DNA from: Octopus vulgaris
Lineage: Eukaryota
Assembly (NCBI GenBank): GCA_951406725.2
Contig: OX597819.1
Coordinates: 87,420,001 to 87,484,000 of the forward strand
Length of the DNA: 64,000 nt
Direction of reading: 5' to 3'
The notes under the pieces were generated by a model, which was not told where the DNA came from, did no database searches, and worked only from the letters and a program-made list of their open reading frames with translations. Shown piece after piece: positions 43,812-57,191 of this stretch (the first letter of the stretch is position 1; the number at the start of each line of letters is the position of its first letter). The translations under genes and the position numbers were made by a program.

Positions 43812-44333
43812 CCGTAAATCTTCAAGTATAGTCTGCCCTTGAGTATAATACGCAGGGGATTTTTAGGGGGCTGTACATCCAAAAAACCTAATCCTCGTGT
43901 ATAATATGCACCCCTTCTCTAACTCGAGTTGCGCATAATTAAGCCAGCAGCACCTAGTCAAACAAACACTTTTGCGCATGCATAATACAATAATGGTGAT
44001 GTTCTTAACTGTTATATGGGAATGTAAATATGTTTGCAAATTGTTTTTGTTATATGTTATTCTGTGTTCTGAATACTTTTATTTTAATAAATGTTGCTTA
44101 CTGCAAGTTATGGATGATTCTCTTATGACTTCATTGCTTTCAGGCTTAGCTTAAGGTATTTTCCTGCCCGACATCACAAAATGCATCTGAATAAACATTG
44201 CCAGAGAGCAAATAAAGACTAGGACATTGCTTAGAAAATATTTTTCATTTTTAACCTCGTATATAGAATGTACTAGGGATTTTGACCTTTAAATTTTGGG
44301 GAAAAAATGCGGATTATCCTCGAGGATTTATGG
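43812..44333. mobile_element. pogo/Tigger-type non-autonomous element
   Basis: TA|CCGTAAATCTTCAAGTATA ... TATCCTCGAGGATTTATGG|TA. Confidence 0.75.
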
Positions 44334-44823
44334 TAAATGGCACCTGCTGTGCCAGTGACATGTAAAAGGCACCAACTATACTCTGTGGAGTGGTTGTTTT
44401 AGGAAGAGCATCCAACCGTAGAAACCAAGCCAAAATAGATTGGAACCTGGTACAATTCTCTGGCTTATCAGTTCCAGCTTACCAACAGATGGCCTAGCAT
44501 ATTATGTGTCACCTTTTACAACTTGAAGAATACTATAGTACCAGATTGTCTATAAATAAGAAGGGAGGGCCATGGTTGGAATGCTGCAATCATAGGTGTG
44601 TTTGTACAGAAATGTCTTTTCAGTATCATGTTAGTATTCCTACAAATAACACAAAAAGAATTCTATTCTATTCAATTTTATTTGTCATTGATAATTTCTA
44701 TGGAGATAAAGAACCTGCTCTGCAAGTCATTGAAATGGCATTTTATTTTATAATAATACCATTCATAATACAAGTTAACTTATATACTCACCACCAACAT
44801 ATATCATTGTTATTCCTTTTAGG

Positions 44824-44858
<35 letters not shown>

Positions 44859-45304
44859 TGTGCATAATGCATGAAGCATTCCACACAAGCCACATAAGTT
44901 CTTAAAGAATAACAATGGCATGTGTTGGTTTTTTTATACATACACACGCATGCACACACACACACAAGAAAAAGAATTTTTTTGTGAATTCAAATAAACA
45001 CACCCAAATATATGCATACATACATGCCACACTTATAAAGTGTTATTCTATAGCATTTGCACACGTGCAAACACACACACAGTTGCTTTGCTGCATAAGC
45101 TAGGCAAATCTCCACCCAAACTATCCACTTACACTCCACCAATCTCAACAATGTGCTCACATATACCCAAGTATAAAAGCACTTCTAGTCGCTTCAAATC
45201 AAAAAGGCCATTGGTACTGGCTGTGCGCATCAAAGCTAACCCGAATCCTTACAAACTCTTTCTCTCTCTACCCACCTCATACAAAGATGCAATTACTACA
45301 TATA

Positions 45305-45520
45305 TTGATTTCAAATTTTGGTGCAAAGCCAGCAATTTGAGGGAGTGGGTAAGTCAGTTACATCGACCCCAGCACTCAACTGGTACTGGTTTTATCAACC
45401 CCAAAAGGATGAAAGGCAAAGTGAACCTCAGTGGAATTTGAACTCAGAACATGAAGACAAATGAAATGCCACAAACATTTTGCTCAGCATGTTACCAGTT
45501 CTGCCAGCTTGCCACCTTAA
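45305..45520 (-). mobile_element. SINE family B, reverse, CpG-decayed
   Basis: Reverse family-B core ATCAACCCCAAAAGGATGAAAGGCAAAG...GGAATTTGAACTCAGAAC. Confidence 0.8.
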
Positions 45521-46681
45521 TTACTACATATATTAAGAAAACATTATCACTTCCTATCTACCTTCAAGTTGATCAGCACACAACTAGAGCTTTCAAAGTC
45601 ACTGCTATAATGTTTGGCCTCATCATCACTGAGGATCTCCTCTGACGAATGCACATATTCAGTATAAAGGAAATTGTGTCACAAAAATTAACCCTTTTCT
45701 CCAGCACTGGAAAATATTATTTGCTATATTGTTAAGAAGCTTGTTTCCCAACCTTGTAGTCTTGGGTTGTCTCCCTGCATAGCAGCTTGAGCAAATGTCT
45801 AAATATTTTTTACTAGAGCCCTAGGCTAATCAAAGTTTGTGAGTAGATGTGGTAGAGAGAAACTGAAAGAAGCCCGTTGTATGTATGCATGTATGTATAT
45901 ATATATATATATATATATGTAAGTAAGTCTAAGGTCCTGTGGTAGGGTGTAAAGTTAGGGTATTTCCAACAAAGCCAGAAATCCTCAGGTGTAGAAAATC
46001 CAAGTTTCATGACAGTCACACTGTAAAGTGGGTTTGATGAAGAGAAAATAATGTGTATATGTGTGTGTGTGTGTGTGTGTCTACCCTTATCCTGACATTA
46101 CATGATGGTTGTAAATGAGCATCACTGTTATACAAGTGACATATATTTCCAGTCTTCCATGAAAAACATTTCTGGTCCTGGAGAAATATTACTTTGCTTG
46201 GAAACTGAGGGTTGGCAATCCAGCCATAGAAAATTTACCTCAATAAATTCCATCTGATCCATGCTAGCACGAAAAAATGGACATTAAATGAGAACGGTAA
46301 AAGCCTCGGGTGAGGCCTACATACAGATACACATACACATATTCACATACTCACATTAAATTTTTTATTTCACCAAGTACTTATTCATTATTAGAAAGTT
46401 AATTACAGATGTCATTCAATCATAAAAGATATCACTACAGACCGTTTCCACACTAAATACAGGCCAACATCCCGCTCATATGTACACATTGTTGAATGGC
46501 CATTGACTACTCATAAGTTCCTCTGCCCTTTGATGGGACTTATTTTTCATCTTGCAAGTTGTCCAACAATCACCCTCCTCACCAAGCAAGCTCAGTGAGG
46601 ATGCCAGTTTTGTTGCCGACAACCCAACAATGTGACAGGTGGGTTACATGTTACCAGAAGTGCTCAAGAGTGACCTGAAGT

Positions 46682-46860
46682 GGAAGCATCCAAATTAGTC
46701 TTGTGGAACCCACTTCATGGTGATGTAAGCAGAGGAAAACATCATCATCACAATTACATTGACAACTTAATTGCAGACACTGGCCTAGAATGTATCCAGG
46801 ACCTCGAGGCAGTGATGTTGGACCAAGAAGTGTAGTGGGTACACTTTGTTGCTGTGGCCC
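46682..46860 (+). pseudogene. RTE/RTEX-type LINE C-terminal fragment
   Basis: EASKLVLWNPLHGDVSRGK...NYIDNLIADTGLECIQDLEAVMLDQEV matches the LVLWxPxHG..RGRP..YID.L..DTGL...M.DR motif. Confidence 0.6.
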
Positions 46861-46877
46861 AGCTTATAACCCAGCAA

Positions 46878-47272
46878 TAATAATAATAATAATTAATTCT
46901 TTTATTGGCCACAAGGGCTGACAAAAATTAATTATGACATAAAGGGACAAAACAAGATGAAAGGTTACAAAGGGTTTTGTCCGTTTGTAAAATCAAGTAA
47001 AAAACAGTTTAACAACGAAAGATTATAACAATGAAAAATTCCCAATAGGGGGAGGCATTACAAAAGGTTCCTGGTGGAAAAAAAACCCATAAAGGCCAAC
47101 GGGAGCCTGGTCAAAAAGTGGGGTAGAGAGCCCCTTTCTCCTTTTGTAATACCATGTCAAATTACAGGTGTATCCTCAGAATGGCTCCTTTCATACTAGC
47201 CATTCTTGCAACATTTATCCACCTTTCTTTAAACTCACTATCGGACAGCACTTCCCTCTCTACTCTCATCTT
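46878..47272 (-). mobile_element. 3' end of a LINE (probably Tx1/L1 group): ORF end, 3'UTR, AATAAA and (TTA)n
   Basis: The minus frame reads KMRVEREVLSDSEFKERWINVARMASMKGAILRIHL* (stop at 47162-47164), then a pyrimidine-rich UTR ending AGCCCTTGTGGCCAATAAAAGAA. Confidence 0.5.
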
Positions 47273-47679
47273 AGGGCAAGTTAGAATGACAAATCCCATT
47301 CCAATATAACCTATATCCATCAGCTGAAGGTATTGAACTTACCATTGGAAAGGTTGAATTCAACACTGCAAGCTAAGACAAACACTTAAAACTTTACATC
47401 ATTATTACACATGGGAGCTGAATTGTTGTAAATGTGAGTATATATTTACAGCAGTGAAGGCACATGGCCAAGTGGTTACAGTGTTGAGCTCACAGTCAGG
47501 AGGATGTGAGTTCAATTCCAAGACCAAGTAGTATATTATTGTTTAGCTCCATATCAGTCCTGACTGAAATAACCTATGCTCAAAGGTTTTCCACCAGTGA
47601 CTGTCTTGTCTTTTATCCAGATAGCATATTTAGGACTATGGTATCCAAGTGGTCCTCCGTTTCTTATTAAAAAGTAGTA

Positions 47680-48497
47680 CAGGTCATCATCGATTTACGG
47701 CCACAATTCCTTCCAACTGATTGGTTGGAAGTCAATTTGGTTGTAAGTTGGCCTATAAGCCTACATAACTTTGTTTTATATGTTTACATTCTTAAGGTAC
47801 ATTCTCTAAACGTCACACACAGCATTCTGTATTATACTGTTATACTAGCATTAGTAAAAAATTTTGGAGTCTCAAGCAGTCATCTTATAAACAATTACAA
47901 GGTTGCCTTGATGTCTCCACGACAGGATAGTCATCCAACACAGTGGTGATCGATAACCAAACCTAAGGGAAGCATTTGTTAGCTGACATCATCCGTAAAT
48001 AGGTTAATTTTTAAGAAATTAAACCCATAGGCGCAGGAGTGGCTGTGTGGTAAGTAGCTTGCTAATCAACCACATGGTTCCGGGTTCAGTCCCACTGCGT
48101 GGCATCTTGGGCAAGTGTCTTCTGCTATAGCCTTGGGTCGACCAATGCCTTGTGAGTGGATTTGGTAGACGGAAACTGAAAGAAGCCCGTCGTATATATG
48201 TATATATATGTGTGTGTGTATGTGTTTGTGTTTGTCCCCCTAGCATTGCTTGACAACCGATGCTGGTGTGTTTATGTCCCCGTCACTTAGCGGTTCAGCA
48301 AAAGAGACCGATAGAATAAGTACTGGCGGTGCTCCAGCATGGCCGCAGTCAAATGACTGAAACAAGTAAAGAGTAAAGAGTAAAAGAGTATTAGATTTCA
48401 GCCGGACTTTTTATTATTGCTGCCAGGAGCTGGCATGTCAATTGTTGTAAAGCTGATCAGTTGTAAGTCAGATAGGTTGTATGTCGACGACAACCTG
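47680..48497. mobile_element. Tigger/pogo-type non-autonomous element with a nested SINE A
   Basis: TA|CAGGTCATCATCGATTTAC ... GTATGTCGACGACAACCTG|TA. Confidence 0.7.
48029..48390 (+). mobile_element. SINE family A, young copy
   Basis: GGCGCAGGAGTGGCTGTGTGG head; CpGs intact; tail GTAAAGAGTAAAGAGTAAAAGAG. Confidence 0.9.
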
Positions 48498-48640
48498 TAT
48501 ATGATCTCCACTTTAGCCAAAGGAACTATCATAATTCAACAAGATGTATGCCAGAATTGGCAAAAGTTTTTAGAGTGATACAGAACAGAATAATCACCAT
48601 CACACTCAACATTGTCACTGTCATCAATTTAAGTTCCACA

Positions 48641-48872
48641 AGGTGGCAAGCTGGCAGAATCGTTAGCACGCCAGGCAAAATGCATAGCCGTATTTCGTCT
48701 GCTGTTACGTTCTGAGTTCAAATTCCGCCGAGGTCAACTTTGCCTTTCATCCTTTCGGGGCCGATAAATTAAGTACCAGTTACACACTGGGGTCGATGTA
48801 ATCGACTTAATCCATTTGTCTGTCCTTGTTTGTCCCCTCTGTGTTTAGCCCCTTGTGGGTAGTAAAGAAATA
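48641..48872 (+). mobile_element. SINE family B
   Basis: Full-length; flanked by TCATCAATTTAA at 48621-48632 and 48875-48886. Confidence 0.9.
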
Positions 48873-50879
48873 TATCATCAATTTAACATCCACGTTTCTG
48901 ATCTAGCAAATGGGACTTCATATCAGTGAGGGTGGGGCCAGTGCACAATGATACCATCAAGAGGACAGCTCCAAAATGGCAAACATTCTCACCTGATGAC
49001 CCCAAAACCTTGCTAGCATCCAGTATGCAGAGCTGTCAACTGGTAGCACTTACATCTGCAAGTTGTTTGCAAAAAATCATGTAGGAATATATTACCTAAT
49101 ATATCAAGAGATGGTGAGTGAAATATGGGGAGTATGTATTTGGCTACTATATCTGCCAGGTCAAATGCCCACATAGAAGACCCTTCCATCAGTCTACAAA
49201 ACAGAATAGTTATTGATTGATGACAACAGCTTGCCACACCAGTAAAGTGCAGTAGTATTGGTAATGGAAATACTAAGAGTTTCTTTTGATGGGGTAGTCA
49301 GCTACAGCTGACTACTGCATCTTGTGAGAGAGGAAGAGATGAGGAAACGGTATCACTGACAAATGCATGAGTGCTATACAGTTAGTATTTAGTGCTAAGT
49401 TCAAATCCCCCTCTCCACAAATAATATTTAGAAATGAATAGGCTCAGGTGTGAGGGTACAGGGATTAATTTTAGATACATGACATGAAGACATCTTAATA
49501 AGGAATACACCTTTGACATTTCAAGTCACCACCAGAGGTGGGTGGAGAAGGCAAGTATTCTGAGAGACAGCTGCACACCTACAAAAGATGGTAAAATTTT
49601 CTTCATAATAATTCTCTTCTAATTTTCTGTCATTATATAATCTGGTTATAATATGCTTCCAAATCTAATAATACACACTCAGAAAGAGGGATTAAGTCAA
49701 GGATAAAATCACATTATGCACAGAAATTACTTTGATAGTTGAAGACATGGCAGTGTGATAGGAAGTTTGCTTTCTAACCACTGGGTTTTGAATTCAGTCC
49801 CAGTGCCTGGCACTTTGACAAGTGTCTTCTTCTATAACCCCAGGCCAACCAAAGCCTTGTGAGTAGATTTAGTAGATGGAAACTGAGAAAAATCCTCTTT
49901 ATATATATATACACACACACACATACATACATATACACATATGTATATTCACATACACACAGTATAGTTTTCTAGATATATAATACATTCATAAATGTTT
50001 TAAATGTTTATTAAGAACTATCAACACCTTTTCTCTATAGATTTCCTGAAGAAGGGACCCTAATTATGAAATATAGAAATATCAGGTAATAGTACTAATC
50101 ATTGATCAGTACTTTTAATTTTTAACCTGCATTGTTTTACTTCAGAAACAAAATATATATATATATTTAAAATGCACGTGTGTGCATGTGATTTTGTGTT
50201 AGTGTCTATTCCCCTATAATTTGGCAACCTGTGTTAGAGTGTTGACATTTCCTAACTTAGTGGTTTGGCAAAAAAGACTGATAGCATAAGTACCAAACTT
50301 TAAAAAGATAAGAACTGAGCGTGATTTGATCAATAAGATCACTTTAAGATGGTGCCCCAGCATGGCCGCAGTCCAATGACTGAAACAAATAAAAGATAAA
50401 AAGAGAGAGTAAAAGTGTATATTGGTTCTTGAGAACCATTTAAGCGAGAGTAATCAGTCCAAGCACAGTAGCACACACCCTGGAATAACTATATACCATT
50501 GCAGGATAAGTGACACATACATGCACATGCATGCAAGTGCAAACATATACATTCACACTCACATGCATGTACAAGTATACACACACATACACACACAGAT
50601 GTGTGAATGTATAAACATATACACACACGAATGGATGTACACATTTAAACACTTCCAACACAAACAAAGATGTAAAAGATAGTTGTTAATTATGAAATTA
50701 CGAAGTGAAATAGCAGGTTAGAACTTACACATGCTGGTGTTACGTCCTAGCTATCTGTCTGACTTGTTTGCACTAATGGCAAGAACAAACTACTCTACTG
50801 TAACAAGATACATGTCAGAATCCTCACATCCTGCTACCTATCACATATCAGAGAGGGAGAAAAAGTTGAAATACAGTTG

Positions 50880-51420
50880 ACAGAAGAAGCATTTGGGTGG
50901 GGATGAGGATGAGGAAAAGAGATGGTGAGGGTAAGGTTAAGGAGATTATGGTAAGAAGAGAAAGTGAGACTAGGGTAAAAAAAAAAAAGAAGAAGGTTAA
51001 AGAGAGGGTGAGGCTAAAGAAAAAGAGGTGAAGTGAAAGAAAAGAGGGGTTAAGCTAGTGAGAAGAAGGGGTAGGCTAAAGATAAGATGATAGGTTAAAA
51101 AGAGAGAGAGAAGGAGAGAGATAGAGATAGGCAAAAGAGGAAAGGGGGAGGTTAATAGAAGAGAGAGAGTGGGCTAAAGAGAATAGAGGATAGGCTAAGA
51201 GAAGAGAGAGAATGGGCTAAACAGAATAGGGGTAAGCTAATAGAAGAGAGAGAGAGTGGGCTAAAGAGAATAAGGGGTAGGCTAATAGAGGACAGGTAGG
51301 CTGAGAAGAGAGGGTGTGGACTAAAGAGAAGAGGGGTAAGCTAACGAAAAAAGGGATAGGCTAATGAAAAGAGAGTTTTCTAAAGAGAAAAGGGGTAGGC
51401 TAAAGAGAAGAAAAAAAGTG
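50880..51420. repeat. Degenerate purine-rich minisatellite
   Basis: Recurring (T/G)AGGCTAA(A)GAGAAGAG(G) units of ~20-25 bp. Confidence 0.7.
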
Positions 51421-51439
51421 GGCATAATGTTACCACAAT

Positions 51440-52560
51440 ATGATCTAATGACCTCAGTGTCAGACCATCTCAGAGATAAGTGAGTGCTTGCCATCGAAGA
51501 AATAAATCCCTGAAGCAAAATAACAACTTCAAGTAACTTGAATTTGATGCTTTGGTCCCTTGAGTATTGCAGGTACCCAGTGTAATTAGATGTCACCCTT
51601 GATAACTGTCTCAATTTCAAGATCCACATCCAGATGGTGAAAGCAAAAATGAGTGCTGGCAGCATTGTCAATAAGCTCAGAAGCAAAAAGCAACCTCCAA
51701 TTCCTCAGACCTTTATTTCAACTGCCCTAATCCACTGCAACTGCATAGATGAGTGCACCAGCCCAGTATGGAAAGATCTACTATGCTGAACAGCTAAATC
51801 TACCCCCATAATGTTTTCTGTCAACTGATCACAGTGTAACAAACTTTTTATGCCTTTGGTCAGCAAGTATTATTTCCTATTTGCTTCATTCTAGAAATCA
51901 AAGAAAATTACTACTATTTCCTTTCAAACTTTGCTTTTGTGACCTGGACATCAGTGTTTTGAAGCTCACCTACTTTCCACTACATTTCAGACAGATTCAG
52001 CACTGAATTACTGAAGCAGAAATATCGTTATAGCAAATATTCTACTCAATACCACAGATTTGCTTGTCAGTTGCTTGACCTTAACCACTTGAGCATGTCC
52101 CTTAGTGGCTGACAATATGTGCATCTCTGATCATGAGCAGGAATAGTGGGAGAGCATCATAGCCACATGCTTTGAGGAATTCTTTGGGGTTTGAATAAAT
52201 GTAACAACGGCAAAGTGTGAAGGAAATATTAACCATTTATCATGCTTCTATGGATAAGCAAAGAGGAAATAACAGTTGCTACCCAAGGACAAAAATCATG
52301 TTACACAGTGTCATAGATCAATGGACATCATCTCAGTATTCTAGCAGGCATAGCCCCACCAGCCATTAGATAAGCACCAAGTATGGAAAAAGATCGTCAG
52401 CAGTATTAAATACATAATTGACATCCTACGTTTGACCAAAAAGCAATTCACTATTGCCTGAAGTCAAGGAAAAACTTCCTTAAATGTATCATTACTCTTC
52501 AGACTGACACCACAACAAGAGTGGAAAAACTGACTTTGCGAGAAGAAAGACACAACAGCC
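51440..52560 (+). pseudogene. Vingi/Ingi-like LINE fragment interrupted by ~480 bp of other repeats
   Basis: LEYCRYPV*LDVTLDNCLNFKIHIQMVKAKMSA...STAL...ECTSPVWK, later LAGIAPPAIR and HP...LKSRKNF, motifs typical of the Vingi/Ingi post-RT region. Confidence 0.65.
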
Positions 52561-52591
52561 TCCTATTCTCAACATCATAATGATCATTGAA

Positions 52592-52822
52592 AGGCGGCAA
52601 GCTGGCAGAAACGTTAGTACGCCAGGCGAAATGCGTAGCCATATTTCGTCTGCTGTTACGTTCTGAGTTCAAATTCCGCCGAGGTCGACTTTGCCTTTCA
52701 TCCTTTCAGGGTCGATAAATTAAGTACCAGTTGCGCACTGGGGTCGATGTAATCGACTTAATCCCTTTGTCTGTACTTATTTGTCCCCTCTATGTTTAGC
52801 CCCTTGTGGGTAATAAAGAAAC
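52592..52822 (+). mobile_element. SINE family B
   Basis: Full-length; flanks CATAATGATCATT / CATAATCATCATT. Confidence 0.9.
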
Positions 52823-54566
52823 ACATAATCATCATTTAATGTCTACTTTTCTTTGCTTGCATGGGTCAGATGGAATTCATTGAGGCAGATTGTCTATGAT
52901 AAGATGACTCCTGTTGCCAAATCTCACTTGTTTCCAAGCAAAGTAATATTTCCCCATGAGCAGACAGGTTTTTCATGGCAGACTGCAAATGAACAACCTC
53001 ACTTGTATGACAGTGATGCTCATTTACAATCATCATGTAATGCCTAAACAAAGGTTCACTCACACACAACAACAGGCTTCTTTTGGCTTCTGTCTACCAA
53101 AACCACTCACAAAGCTTTGATCAGCCAAGGTCTACAGTAGAAGACACTTTCCCAGTGTGCCATGCAGAGGAACTGAACCAACATGGCTGGGAAGTAAACC
53201 TTTTTACTATACAGCTACACCTGTACCAACAACAATGAAAATTGCACTAAGTGAACAGCTACCACTGAGTACAGATGCAGGCATGATAAAGTGGAAATAT
53301 CATAATCAGCTGATTACCAGAGTTGGCAGAGCCAAGGTGACATTCAGCAAATAGAGAAACAGCTTCTGCAATGACATCATATGTAACTTTGATACCAGGG
53401 AACCACAGACTAGGGAACCTGTTGAGAAGCCCTTTAATGTAAGAACCCTGTTATGAACAATGAAGATGTAGGAAAAGTGAGTTTGAGTGTGTATATGTAT
53501 GCATATATATGCATTTATATTTATTATCATATTTATACACATACAAATATACTTAGTATACATAATATATATGCACAAATATTTAGTATACCCACACATT
53601 CTTATACACATACAGTATACATAGTATATACACATACAGTATACACACACACATACACATAGTATAAACACACATAAACAAAGCATATACACACACACTC
53701 ATATATACATTGAAAACACACACACACACACACACACATAATATACATAGTATACACACACAAGTGAGAAAGTGTTGAAAACTGGTATGTCAAGACTATA
53801 CAGAAATGCAAGGACATCCAAGACCAGTAAAAGTGAGTGACCTAATTCTAAAAATAAGAAAAAAAACATACAAAAACCAGTATATGTGACCTGAAAACAG
53901 ATGAAGTACAGTTAATTAACTGTAGTAATAACTAAGGGGTATGACAATAATTATCCTCTTCAACTCTCCCTGCCTCCCCCCTCAACTCATGCATCATTAG
54001 TCACACCTCACTCTTTCTTCACTGTTCACTACATCCACCCTTCGACCCCAACAGATCTTTACATTTGTTGCCTGATAACCTTCACTCACACTTGCAACCT
54101 CTACCCACCTATGTTTCTGGTTCCTCTGTCCCCACTCACCTCCTACCTTGAGAATCCATTGGAACGAACACCTCACCACCACAATTTTTATCTCTTTCCA
54201 GTTCCACCCAATCACTCTCACCCACTCTTCTAAAATGTGGGTAGTCATGTAGCTCTTTCACCACAAGAAATCTGACCTGCTCTGGTCCCTTCTTTCATAT
54301 TTTAACCCTTGGTATAAACCACCCCACCTCAGGGCTTGTAGTTTTGAAAGTCAGATGGTAACATCACTAGTGCTGGTGGTATGAAAAAAAAAAATCACTC
54401 AATACATGCTGTAAAGTGATTGGTATTGGAAAGGGCATTTAATTATAGGAAACATAGCAGAGCATAATGCAGTCCTTGGGCCCATCAGATCTTGTCAAAC
54501 CATCCAACCCATGCAAGCATGGAACATGAGCATTAAATGATAATGATGAATAAAGTGAGCATATTG

Positions 54567-55288
54567 ATGGAATTTTTCAAAAGTCATACAAAATACCTTG
54601 TGGTATTGACAGCTTATTATAAGATAGCATAAATCTAATTATGATTGGAGTTATAGAAGTAGCAGAAATCTATATCTATTTTTCTCTTTTATTCAAACAC
54701 TAAATCTACAAGAGCACCTTCACATGGTAGCTTGACATGCTAGAAATGATAGTCAAATCGTCCTCAAATCATACCCACTCATCTTTAAAAAAAAAGGCAA
54801 AGGGTACATTAAATAATGTAGTCCTAAATAAGCCATCTTTAAAAGAAAAATAATGATAAAATGATCATGCTTATAATAGGCAAAGACATGGCTGTATGGT
54901 TAAGACAACCACTTTACAACCATGTAGTTTCAGGTTCCGACCTACTTCATGACATCTTGGACAAGTGTCTTCTCCTATAGCTCTGGGCCAACCAATGCCC
55001 TGCGAGTGAGTTTGATAGACAGAACCTGTGTGGAAACTCACACCTGAGACCATACCATCAGAACCCAAAACTTCAAAGCCACTAGAAGAGAAAAGGAAGA
55101 AATCAAGTGACAGGAGAGAAAGGCCTGCCAAAATCACCCTTGTCCTCCAACAACATTTCCATAAAGTTAACATCATTGACTCTTCTATGTAAGAATTGGT
55201 CTACAGAGTCATCAAGTGGCATCACCATAAAAGAAGCATTCAACAAAGAAGAAGCTAAATTCTTTGATACAAGATAAAGCTACCACCA

Positions 55289-55359
<71 letters not shown>

Positions 55360-56014
55360 CACGCACACACACACACAAGTATGTATTATGTATGTATGTA
55401 TGTATATATGTATGTGCATATTTGTCTCTATGTTTGTTACCCCACCACTTAATAACTGGTGCTGGTTTGTTTACATCCCTATATCTTAGTGGTTTGCCAA
55501 AAGAGACCTCTAGAAGTACCAGATTTAATAAAATAAGTATTTAAGTCAGTTTGTTTGAGAAAAAGTTTCATGGTACCTCAGAATGGTCGCAGGTCAGTAA
55601 CTGAAACAAGGATAAATGTTTATATTGTTGATGCAAGACAATTTCCTAGATGAATGCAAAGCCTACCTATAAATGTATGCCTAACATATACATATATAAA
55701 TGAATGCAAATTTGATTTTAATATAAATCTTTCGTTTTCAATGAAGCAGCTAGAAAGATATGGCTTTGATAGTTTTTTTTTTTTTTTGTTTTTGTCTTTC
55801 TCTTTTTTGGCTTAAGTACCAGGAGTCATCGTCACCTGCCACCAGCTTTGATCTTAGGTCTGCTGTTCAATCAGAGCTGGCCTGGAACTAAAACACCTTT
55901 TTTTTTTTTTCTTCATTTTTGTAAATATCACATTGTCTTCTCATCCAATCATTCCTCACCTGTTTGATGCTTGCACAATGTTAAGATTAAAAAGATCTAA
56001 CCTCAATATAGCAT

Positions 56015-56058
<44 letters not shown>

Positions 56059-56416
56059 TGTGTGTGTGCACCTGAGGACAAGAAATAAGCTGCTAATGAG
56101 CTGTGAGTGTGCCGATATTTAAATCACTTTGACACTCGGTCACATTATCAGCTGCATCTTGTACAGATTTATTATCACCTGCTGCATGCTACAGGAAAAA
56201 GGTAACTAACTAAAATGAATAGAGATTGACCTATCATTACTCTGATGAAGCATTAAAAAACAATTATGAACTGAGAATTGATGGTAGGTAAGATGGTAGG
56301 TAACCAATGAAACAATCCATACATAACACTGTAACATTATTTTTGTCTTTTACTGTACTGCTAAGTTACGGGGATGTAAACACACCAGTTGTCAAGTGGT
56401 GGTGGACAAACACACA

Positions 56417-56460
<44 letters not shown>

Positions 56461-57191
56461 GCTTCTTTCAGTTTCTGTCTACCAAATCCACTAACACAGT
56501 CTTGGTTGGCCCAAAGTTATAGTCTTAAAAGACATGTGCCCAAGGTGCCATGCAGTGGGACTGAACCCCAAACCATGTGGTTAGAAAGCAAGCTTCTTAC
56601 TACACAGCCACACCTGCTCCTAGTGTGTGTGTGTATAAATATATAATTAATAAAAAAAAACACAAGAAAAACAACAACGCAAGGACATGGTGCATGCAAA
56701 GTATTAAAAGACACTCAGGGAAGGAAAGAAAGGGTGTCTTATGTTTCAAGCAAAGCTCTTCTTTGGAATCAGGAGACAGGAAAGTCCAAGAGAAAAAGAA
56801 GACGGCGCAAAAAAACTACCAACAATCCACATGTAGTTACACACACACTATCATATTCAAATTGAAAAAACTTCACAAACTGCTTTTCAGACTTTCATAT
56901 AACTTAAGTGAAACTGAGTAACATTTTTTAAAAATGAGTGGGTAGGATTTGAGGACGATTTGACTATTATTTCTAGCATGTCAAGCTACCATGTGAAGGT
57001 GCTCTTGTAGATTTAGTGTTTGAATAAAAGAGAAAAATAGGTTTTGATTGATTCTAGTTTCAGCTTATGAGCTGTGGCCATGCTGGGGCACCGCCATTTC
57101 TGGTATAGATTTCTGCTACTTCTATAACTCCAAGCTTAATGGAATTTTTCAAATGTCATACAAAATACCTTGTGGTATTGACAGCTTATTA
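54567..57191. repeat. Local duplication with an inverted pair and a direct pair
   Basis: 54645-54674 is the reverse complement of 57104-57133; 54676-54792 is the reverse complement of 56924-57040; 54567-54619 is directly repeated at 57139-57191. Confidence 0.9.
56350..56620 (-). mobile_element. SINE family A, reverse, partial
   Basis: Reverse-complement body and head. Confidence 0.75.
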
